A DNA stretch of 64,000 nucleotides, from contig JAYWIR010000067.1 of assembly GCA_036172245.1 (NCBI GenBank), positions 372,001 through 436,000 on the forward strand, in the 5' to 3' direction. A program made the position numbers and the translations under genes. Under the pieces are notes generated by a model. It was not told where the DNA came from, did not search any database, and worked only from the letters and a program-made list of their open reading frames with translations. This DNA comes from Raillietiella orientalis. Lineage: Eukaryota. Shown piece by piece: positions 13,011-23,619 of the stretch (position 1 is the first letter of the stretch; each line of letters opens with the position of its first letter).

Positions 13011-14699
13011 CTCGAAGTCCCGTTAGCAGTGATAAGAGGGACCGGCCATGAGGATGCCTGGAATGGACTGCCGCTTCAGACAGTCGGACAGATGGGAATC
13101 CGGTTTCGGGCATTTCTGGCGTTTCACATCAGCACTCCTGGTTTCATCCGTCCATTTCCAGGATGCACTATGCGGTCGGTGGATTGGATATCCAGCAAGC
13201 GTCTGCAAGCTGACAGTACGGCAGCGCGAGGACCTCCAACCTCGTCACTTGCGTTTTCTGTGTGCACCCACTGATATGGTTTCTGTATATTAATCTTCAC
13301 ATAAATATACATAACATGTATAATAAGAGTTTTCATGTATTTAGTACTCATTATATTAATCCATACAGTAATCTTTATACTGAAATTAGAAAAAGCATAT
13401 CACCAAATATCAATAGCTTATATTTCACCGTTTGGATTCATACTGCCCGAAAGCGCAAGAAACTGAGCTTAAGATGGAATAAATCTGGAGACTTTCCTGA
13501 TAAGCTACATACAACGCGGCTTAATAAACTTACTGATAGTAAACTGCAGTAAATATATGTATCAACCTATATAATAAGCATGTGTATTGGATCTTTCAGG
13601 ATATTGGTCGTTCGGGATTATGATAAGCATCGGACAACTCCCTATGCAACGCACATGGGATCTCATGAAAGGTTCTGGTTGCTAACAGCCATCGAAGTCA
13701 GAATCCGCTAAAGTCTGACACGACCTGTCTGTCCAAGGAACCAATCCTAAAAATAGACGCTCCGATGGCGCACCCACGCTCAGCAGTCGAAACAGAGACA
13801 TTCCCGATGCCTGCACTGGCCACAAGAATGCAGATCTCCAGGAAATTCTGGCGACTTCCGCTCTCGGCGCAGATCTTGGTTGAGCCGGCAAACACTCCAG
13901 TGCGAACACGGAGATCTGGAGTGGAAGCTCCAGGCGAACAACCTCTGAACGTGGTCGAAACCATCCTCAACTCCCGAAAGAACTGGAAACCACAAAGTCG
14001 CCGTTTTCACAAGGGGTGCATGGCAGGACGGATAAAAACATCCATCCTGCCGCTATCCCAGAAGGTCGCTATGAAGGATCAGAGTTCTGGAGAAATGCTC
14101 CCGAATGAGCAAACCGTTGCTAAGAAAGAAAGGAAGAAAAAAGGGAGGTGGGGGTGGGGGAGGAAGCAAACAAACAGAACAGACGCGCTGCCTCTTCGAT
14201 GCCCCAAGACAATCGCGGGATTTTCACCCAGGTTTCCAAGGGAGGGCACCACAAAAAACTCACGAACGCAGCCCTTAAGCAGCAACCTTCAGTCAGCTGA
14301 ATCTTAGAGACAGTTGCTAGACCCCTGATGGGAGCTTCGAGATCGACATCGACTCTCGCCGGCGGAACAAAGGCCCTGGCCAGTGAAACCCGAACAGAAC
14401 CCACTAAACAGAGGGCTACACGTCCGTTGTCCGCAGGCCTCTTCTTTGCGAGTGAAGCTGACCCGGGCCGGCACGCGTGACGTGCAACGGCAGCCACGAC
14501 GCCGAGCGTGAGGAAAGACGTAGGGAGCGAAGATGCGATCCCAGAAACCGACTGGACGACGCTGACGAAAGGAATGCAACTGAGGAAACCACTGTTGAGA
14601 CAGCGAAGAAACTGGAAATACCGCACACAGGTCCGCTAGCCTGCATCCGTTCACCGCTCCACGAGCCCATTTGCTCGGAGACTGTCCAAACGTGCCGAT

Positions 14700-15800
14700 G
14701 AGAGAGCCGATCAGGCGCGTAAAGAGACTCTTTCGGTAGCTGCGCGGTGAGGACCAAATGACAAAGCATCCGCGCAGGGAATGCGGAGCACACAACATCG
14801 AAAAAAGTGGCTTCATACGTGCGCGAGTCCAGCGGCGACAACACACAAATGCCGGTGACCCATCGTGGCAACAGGCCAGGGTGGAGGACAATCTACAGCA
14901 ACGCGGACGCATCGATAGCAGCTAACAAAGGCCCACACACGCAACTACAAAAGGGTCCCAGGAAGACACAAGTCGACCATCAACTAGAAGTCCTGGAACG
15001 TCAGAATTCAACCACCTCCGCGGGCGCCATCCACGAAAATACAGGAGGGGATTCCCATACAGAGGGAGCGCTTGACCAAAGTCCCCTGGTGAACACCAAA
15101 ATGCAACCCAAGGTGACGTGACATACTCCACAGGATGCCTCGCAGCGCGCCCCCAGTGGCGTTCCACAGAAGCGCTCTTTCTCCAGAATCGACGAGACGG
15201 AGCACTTGCCGACCCCACTCTTCCGAAAGCCCCGAGGCCACACGGGCCAGCCCACGCCCATCGGACCACCCCGGAGCTGGGTGTTGGCACCGCTCCGCGG
15301 AGCCTTCTCGGGCGCATACAGCAACACCGTCCACGTAGCGCCACCACCGCCTTCGCTCATGTAACGAGCTGCTAGCCTCCTCAAGACCGACAAGACCACT
15401 CGCGCAAACTCCACAACTCCACAAGACCCTCCGCCAACGGTTTCCTTCCTCGGACGGAAACCCATTCAGCATCACACCCGCCGACACCATCCAAAACCCA
15501 CACGACCGTCCGAGCACCCGGCCATTCCCTTCCAGACTTTCCGTCCGCTCACCACGTAGCGCGCAACGAAACGCGAGTCATCGACACGCTGGTCACCTAA
15601 CGCAGCTTCGCGTTCGTCCGACACCCGCCTCGCCGACGCCCCGAGCGCAGCAACGATCCACCACTTCGCAACCCACCGTGGTGCACCCCAGCGACCACGA
15701 AGCGTAGACACCCTCCGTCATCCTTGGAACGCGCAAACAACGCGGGCCGCCGCCGAGCACACGCCAGCATTCGAACGACTTTCCCCGAGAACGCAGGGAG
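14700..15800 (+). mobile_element. Heavily mutated LINE ORF2 relic inside the GC-skewed domain
   Basis: Ordered degenerate motifs: LPKAPRPHG (~15220; cf. KAPGPDG), SLLKTDK (~15374; cf. SLLNTDYK), a Q-GF-GR-like stretch (~15435) and DFPSA (~15535; cf. DFxKAFD). Many frameshifts. Confidence 0.4.
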
Positions 15801-17774
15801 CAGCACGCCGCGCCTGCGCTGTCCGCGACGCTCCCCAGGGACCTCAGCCAACGGCACGTCAGCTTGCAAGCGGCCTTCCTGCGACCACACTTCCTAGACG
15901 CACTCCAGCCGCAGGCTCACCCGGGCGACGCGAGCGCAGCCGACAATCGGCTCCCCCATTCGCTGCCAGAGGCGAGAGCTCCTCGCCGGCCTCCCTGCCC
16001 TCCCGCAATCCGACAAACGATCACCAAGGAAGCAACTCAGCATTCCGGGAGACGTGCAGACGAACTCACTCACATCGGAGAAGAATTCGGGTGCATCCAG
16101 GAAACACCAGGTGCGCGCCGCCAGCGGAGCGAGCAGCCACGCGCAGCAGCCTGGCAACAGGATACCGGTTGGCTGCGGACGAAGCGCCGAGTACCGGCCC
16201 AAGCCCACACACCGAGGGGCGGCAGGAGGACAGAAAGAGAGACGACCCAAGGAAGCACGGCCAACGGGTAGCGCCACAATCGCCCCGTGGCTGAGCCGCA
16301 CGGGCCACGGCGGCGGGGCGTAGAACAGCGCCCTCGCCAGCTGTTCGCGGCGCACTTCCCCTCCACTGACCCCCGACGCCTACGCTGCGTCACGCGCCTC
16401 CCCGATAAGCCACGCAACCGTCCAAGCACCGGCGGCACCGCTGCCACGGGAGATGCCAGCCGGGCTGCGCCTAACGACTTCCGCAAGGGCTGGAGGCGAG
16501 CGTCTCCGAGAGGGAAAGTCGGCGCGCTTCCAGGCCGAGCGAGCGGCTGCAGGTAAACCCACGTCACCGAGCGCGAGCGCTCGAGCGCCGACCGATCAAT
16601 GCCGCCGGCAGAGTCCACGGAGCATCCCGGAAGAACCTTTGCAGCGCTGGCCACGCCCCGGACGACACGCGCTCGCCCTCGCCGCGGGAGCGCAACACGA
16701 AGAACCGGCGCGTCCGCAACGCTTCGTCCAGAGCGGACAGCTGCAAGAGAGAGGCGGTCAGCCGCCGCCCGCTCACCCTTCCGGGGCCGAACCTTCGCCC
16801 CTTATTACGCACGCAATCATCGCTCAAGCAGCGCGTGCGATACCGGACCACTCCGCATCAACTCAGGATGACCACGGCAGGAATCCACGCGGAACTGCAC
16901 GCCTCCCCCCCCCCCCGACACCAAGGCGAAGCCCACCTTCTCCGGCGTCCACCTGCGGACACGCCTACTCCTTCCCTCCGACCACCCGGATCAGCACGGA
17001 CGTCGACCTCTCCCGACCCGACGACCGCCAACACAGTCAGCGCACGGCCCTTCGGTCGACAGCGCGACCCTCGCGCTTCGCGGACAAACGACCTCCGGCT
17101 CGACGAACCCGCAAAGCCACCGCCCGCAGGAGCAGGCACACAGCAGAGCAGAACGAACAAAACCGAGGCGACCCAAGCAAACCGGGTCAAGCCCTCTCGC
17201 CCTCACCTCATACCGCACCGAACGCGTCCTCCCTGACGGAGAGCCAACGCCTGCAGCCGCACCACCTCAGACCTCACGACCTGACCATCACCAGGCACGG
17301 CCGTCGATGGTGACCCCTCCAACTTCCGCGAACGCGACCGAACCCTCCGCACCCGAGCACGCGACACGCCCCACCAACCGGGTCAGCCAGCCATCCCATC
17401 CCCCTTGTTGCCAGTAGCCAGCATCCACGGCGGCCGTCTCATCAGAGAGACCGCGAGCACGCAGCAGCCCGCACTCTGACTCCCTTCCTCCGCCCCCGAC
17501 GGCAGCTGCTCCCACGCCCTCCAGCTACGCCTACACCCACACAAGGCCGCACGCGGTTCCGTACACGTCTGCCCCACGCCATCCAACCCTAACGCAACGA
17601 CCACCACGAATGAAAGCAACAAAGTGAGCGGAAAGGTCACGCCACGACGGATCTTCTGCATTTGTCCCTGCATCCACACCTTGGGCGCCGCTCCGAGCTC
17701 CGCTTCCTTCCTCCGAGCACAAGACGCACGCCGCCAAGCGCGACAGCACGACTCCGCTCCGGCAGCGCCGCCGA

Positions 17775-20700
17775 TTACAGGATCCAGTAGTTGTACGACG
17801 GAGGACAAGGCAGCCTCTGGTCCAGAGTGTGGAACATCCGCGAGTACAAGTTCCGTTCCTTCTTCGAACCCAGCTCGTTGTGCATGACCGCCTGAGGCCA
17901 CACCCGTCCACCACCGCACCCATCCCAACACCTACCAGACAGTACGCCACGTCCCTCATGCGGTACAGAGCCGGGATCTTCCCGAACAGCCTGTACGCCG
18001 CCGTCAAGTGATCCACCGCCTCCTTGGCGACGCACGCGCTCCCGCCAGACTCCGCATCCTCGTCCTCCTTCACCTCTTCCGCCTCCTCCTTTGGCTCGCC
18101 GCCGCAACTCGCACCGACACACCGACTGCGCTCCATGTTCAGCCGCGCCATCTTGCAGCGCGCCAGCACGAAGTGGAAACGAGCCTCGTCGTACGCGCCA
18201 AAGTGCGTCAGCACACGGAAACGGCAGTCCTCCGCCGTCCGAAGTGCCTCCGACGCCATGCCCAGCTTCAACTGATACGCCCTCCGTCCGCGACGACCGC
18301 AACGCCGACAACGACCACGCACTCACCTGCACCAACGCCAAGTGCAACAGGCACGTCGTCTGCAGCTGCTGCAGGTGGTGTTTCCGGGAAATCTCCAGCG
18401 CCTCCGACAAGCACGTCAGCGCCGACTGCTGCTGGCCCACCAGACGGTGGCACTGGCCCTCCACCAGCAGGCGCAGAGCCTGCTTCGGCGCCCTCAGCTC
18501 GTCCTGCTCGTCCTCGCGCGACGTCATCCCGCGCAGCTCCAGCGACAGCTCGTGCACCCGCGACAACGAGCCCTCGTACGTCGAAAGCTCCGCCTGCCTG
18601 CCGCCACGCACCCTCCCACACACCCACGACGACAAACCACCCCCCACTCACCAGTACTTGCTCTCCCACGCGTCCAGCACACGCAGAGCGCGCGCGTGCG
18701 ACCCGCACTCCTCCCACGAGCCCTGCACCAGCGCACGGAACACGCCGATCTTCTCCTCGCACAACCTCCAGTGACGGCTGTACCTGCTCCCGCAGTACGA
18801 CTTGTCCTTCAGGAAGCCCAGCACCTTCGCAGACTCGCAGAAGTGGCCCTGCAAGCGACACCGCATCCCGCGCCCCGCCCGCCACACGCAACCACCCACC
18901 TCCGTCGCCAGGGCGTACGCCACGCTGCAGCCGCACAGGTACGCCGACTCGCTCGAACGGAACTCCCCCTTCTCCCAGTCGTAGTCCAGGTACAGCACCA
19001 GCTGCGACAGCGACACCGCCATCCGCAGGTTCCCGTAGAAGCACCAGAACACGTGCTTCAGGTGCACGCACGAGAACATCAGGTCCAGCATCGAGTGCTG
19101 GAAGTTCAGCAGGTCGCACTCCGAAAGCAGCTGAGCCAGCAAGCAAGGCGGCCAGGAGGGGGAAGACGCACGTCAGCAACGCCGAAGACACCAGCGACGC
19201 AACCATCTCACCTTCATCACCATGCAAGGTTCCGCGTCCGTGCCCAGGAACATCTTCGCGTAGAACAGCACGCCCGATGACGCCAGCTGCGGCAGGCCCA
19301 GCTTGCGGCACTTCACCACCGAACTCTCCACCAGGCCCAGCTGCGGACGGCACGCCCGCGTCGCTCGCGCTCCGCGACACACCGCGCACGCCCACCTTGT
19401 CGCCGCACGGCAGCCGGTACATCAGGGAAAGCGCGTGCTGTAGCGCCACGTTGTCTCCACCCTCCTGAGCCAGCACCACCGCTTCCTTCAGGGCGTTCCG
19501 GGACATCTCGCTGCACGCAGGGGATCAGGATGATCAACCACCCACACCATGCAGCACCGACCCCTTCCCCCAAACCGTGCCCCAAATCCCCGCGCCGGCC
19601 CGCAGCTGCCGTCACGCAAACGGCCGCAGAAGCTACGACTGCGGGCTTCTCTTGCACCGAAACTCCACCGCCACCCTCATCGACCCACCCGGTCCAACTC
19701 AAGCAAGCCCTCACTACCACCACCAACAGCAGCAACCGCGCGAGCAAAAAGAAAACTTTCTCGACTCCACCCACCCACTCTCCACAGCTACGCTTCCACG
19801 CCCAGGGGCGCAGCACTCCTCCCGGACGATGCACGCCTACCCCCCTTTCGCCCCGACCCACGTTCCTCGCCCGCGCCCACGCACGCCGATCCACACCTGC
19901 ACCGGCTGCCCCGAGCCCACCTCACCGACCGCCACACACCACTCACTGGGATCCGCAGTCCGCGTAGAAGGCCGCCAGGTTCAGAGACGCCAGCCGCAGA
20001 GACTGAAACGCGTCCTCGGCAGCCGCGCCTCTGGAGCCGCCGGGAGGCGCATCCCCGGCCAGCGACGACTGCAGTCTGTCGAAACTCAAGTGCACCTGAT
20101 GCAGCGCGCCCAGGAACTCCTTCGTCTTGGCGCAGTTCACGTGGCTCACAACGTGCTGCAACCGACCGCCGTCAACACCCGTAGCGCCGCCGCCACGCGA
20201 CCGCTCACCGTGTAGTGAGGAAGGTGGTTCGTCGCCAGCAGCGCCTTCAGGTTGTGCTCCAGCACGTCCGGGGGCAGCGCCGTGCCCTCGTCCCGGTCCA
20301 GGCGCTCCGCCTGGCTAGCCAGGAACAGCTCCACCTGTTTCTTCGACGACAGCTTCATGTGCTGCGCCCTCCGGCTGCCTCACGCGCGACCCTCGCCGCA
20401 TCAGCCTCCCCTCCTCCTCCGACCAGCCCTCTCACCTAGCGCTCCCGGAGCACGCGCCGCCACACAACGCCGCGTCCGACGTCGACGTCCCGCCCACACA
20501 CGACGACTCGCACGCGGCCGGAAGCGCCCTCTGCGCCTCCAGCACCTCGTAGTACCGCTTCACCGCCCGATGCAGTCCCAGGATCGCCGAGAAGCTCAGC
20601 TTGTCGAACACCAGGTACACGCCGCGCAGGAACAGCCCTGACCACACTCTCCCCCTCTTACACCCGCCGGCACCGCCTTACCTATGATGCTGCTCTTGTT

Positions 20701-21477
20701 CAGCACGTATCTCTCCGACAATAGGTTCTCGATCTCCTGCATCAAACCGTGCACCTTTAGCGCGTCCGACGACAGCAGCCTCAGGTTCTGCTCGAACCCC
20801 TCCATCACCACGGACGGAGGCTCGCTCTTCGAGATCAGCGACACCAGCGCGTGCAGGTCCATGTGGCACCCCTGCAAGCAAAGCCACGCGCCACCTTCCT
20901 TGCATACCGGACGAGCACCAGCCACCTCCCCGAACCTCACTCACCTGGATCAGCTGAAGAGCCAGCAGGTCAAAGTTCCTCCTCGACTGCGCCGTGAACA
21001 GGAAAGAGTCCCCCAGGAACGGGTTGCTCAGCACTGCAAATGCACGAATCAGAACGACGTCTTCCAGTTGCCGACGACGACCGGCCACCAACCAGCCGCG
21101 CCCTCACAGCTCGCGCCCCCAGCACCCAACCGCCCGCCGCCCTCGCACACCGCGTCCAGCAAACGCGGCGCCGCAAAACCGCGCGCCCGCACCAGCAAAC
21201 GCTCCTCGCTTCCCCTTCCAGGCGGGCTCTCCGCACAGGGCCGGCCGCCCCGCAACGAGCGCGTCCGACCGGCAGCGCGCAACCACCGCCGCCGCCGCCC
21301 CGCTCGTCCACCCGACCACGCCGCGGGCGCGACACCAAAGCCGCAAACAAGTGCCTCCTTACCTTTCGCTCTCGCCGACACGAACTCTTTCAGGTACAGC
21401 GCCACGCAAATCTTAAACGGCGTGATGTTCTCGTACACCTTGCTCCGGTCCGCTTCCCAAGAAAACGCGTCCACCAT
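17775..21477 (-). CDS. ANAPC5: Anaphase-promoting complex subunit 5, 13 exons, 788 aa
   Basis: Exons 21477-21363, 21033-20945, 20871-20682, 20637-20436, 20374-20209, 20155-19947, 19510-19396, 19340-19212, 19130-18900, 18848-18652, 18597-18327, 18271-17936, 17891-17775. All GT-AG, phases consistent. APC5-like motifs: ITPFKICV, KSSIIGLFLR...FDKLSFS, SKKQVELFLASQA, ASLNLAA, ALKEAVVLAQEGGDNVALQHAL, ERNLYSRMF. Confidence 0.9.
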
Positions 21478-21619
21478 CCTCTCTCCGCCTGCACCTGTCA
21501 GGGCATCTTGCCGTCCTGCAACGGCAACCGGTCAACGTTCCACCCGAGACGGGCGCGAGGCCGCTTCCTCCCACTCGCAACACGCACCAACACCCCATCG
21601 CACCCAACCAAAACAACTT

Positions 21620-21625
21620 TTTATT
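21620..21625 (-). terminator. Candidate polyadenylation signal of DCAF1
   Basis: AATAAA on the minus strand followed by a GT-rich downstream element (GTTGTTTTGGTTGGGTG); the only AATAAA between the DCAF1 stop and the APC5 ATG. Confidence 0.65.
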
Positions 21626-21941
21626 CGTGTCCACGGAGGGAGGGAGGGAGGGAGGGATCCGGGCGAGTCACTTTGCGAGGGGGGGTCTCGCCTGCCCTTC
21701 CTTTCTTTCCTTTTCTTTTTTTTGCATTGTTCCTCTTGCGCCGCCTGTCCTTCTCCCTCCCCCCTCTCCCCCCCCTTTTTTTTCTTCTTCCTCCTCTGGG
21801 TGGGCTTTCTGGGTCCTGACCCTCGCTCTGCTCTTCTCGCTTCGGCTCTCTCGATGCAATCTCCACCTGCTGCTGCTCCTCGTCCTCCTCCTCTTCATCA
21901 TCATCATCATGTCCCCCCCCCCCCAACGAACACAGCACCGT

Positions 21942-23584
21942 TCACAGGTTCTCGCTGTCCACCTCGCTGTCGCTGACGCTCTCCGCGAAGGACAGATCGC
22001 CCATGGAATCGCTGTCGCTGCTCCCCTCGGCGTTCCCGCCGTCCTCGGCGTTCGGCTCGTCGTCCCCGCTCTCCGGTTCCAGAAGGTCGATGATCTCGTC
22101 CGCCAGGTCGTCCACCGTGTTCTCGTTGTCCGTGATGGACAGGTCCGAACCGTCCGAGTCGCCCAGGTCCTCCTCCTCCTCCTCTTCCTGCTCCACCTCG
22201 TCTTCCATGTCGCGGCAACGGCCCACCTCGTACACCCGCACCCAGCTCTCGTCCACCACGCCCTCGTAGTAGTCCGAGTTCTCCACGATGGCGATCTGCG
22301 TGTCCGTGCTGTTCACCGCCAGGTCGTAGATGCACTTCTTCACGTCGATCGTCGCGATGTTCGCGTAGTCCTGCGCGTCGAACGTGCGGAAGTTGCACTC
22401 CAGGTTCGAGCCCTGGCCCTCCTCCTCCACGCTGAACCCGTAGAAGATGTCCCCCTGCGAGTTGAACCGGATCACCGACTGGTCGATGCTCGACACCGTG
22501 TGCAGCAGGTGGAACGTGCGGATGTCCCACACCTCCGTGTTGCTGATGATCTCCAGCCCGTTCGGATGGAACACGCCGTTGAACGTCTGGTTCAGCTTGT
22601 CGAACTTGTGGATCACCGTGCCGCTGCACACGTCGAACAAAACACCGTCGCACAGGATCAGCTCGTCCGTCGGGCTGAACGTGCTCTTGTTCCGCGCGTA
22701 CTGGTTCGAGCACTGCGGGCTCAGGCTCACCACCACCTGGCCCGTATGGATGTCGTACACCGTCGCCGTGTAAGTCTTCGTCGCCACCACCTTGTCCTGA
22801 GACAGCTTAGAGAACTCCACGTACTCCTCGTCCTCGAACGCCAGCTTCATGTCGAAAAAGTCGCCCAGGGTCCACAGCGCCGACAGCGGGTTCCGAGACG
22901 AGTGCGGACGGATCACCGAAGACGTCAGCAGCAGCGAACCGTCACGGCTAGGAGACAGGTTCGTCAACGCCGAGTCGTGGCACTGGTAATTCGCCTCTTC
23001 CACGCCCGTCGCCGCGTTGAACAGCTTCATGTCGCCGCTGCACGTCCCCGCCATGATGAACTGCTCGCACGACGAGAAGCAGCACGTCGTGAAGAAGATG
23101 TCATCCTCGGAAGACCGGTACAGCATCAGCGGACGGAAACGGGAGTGCACCAGCTTTCTCGTCAGCTTCTCGCCCTCGGGGCCGCCGTGCTTCGGGACCA
23201 GCATACGGCTAGAGATACGCGCCGTCAGGTTGCAAGGGGCCACGTTCTTCGACTTGGGGTCGGGGCACTGGTGCGGAACCAGCAGGTCGAACTGCGGGCA
23301 CGTCACCATAGGGTTCTTGCACAGAGTGTGCTGGTTCATCAGGTACTCCGTTATGATGTTGTCCAGAGTCACCACCGTCGCTTCCGTCGCACCGAACACT
23401 TGAGACCCGTACTTCAGCACGGGACCCTGCGCCTCCCGACCGCTGATCTGCTTCTGCACCACGCGCGCGCTGGACAAAGCATCCTTCGCGCGCGCGCCCC
23501 CGGCTGTCCCCGCACGCGGCGTCAGGCTGCTGCTGCTGCTGCTGCCGCACGCCGCGTTGCACGACGAGCGCCCGTTGCTCCCGC

Positions 23585-23619
<35 letters not shown>

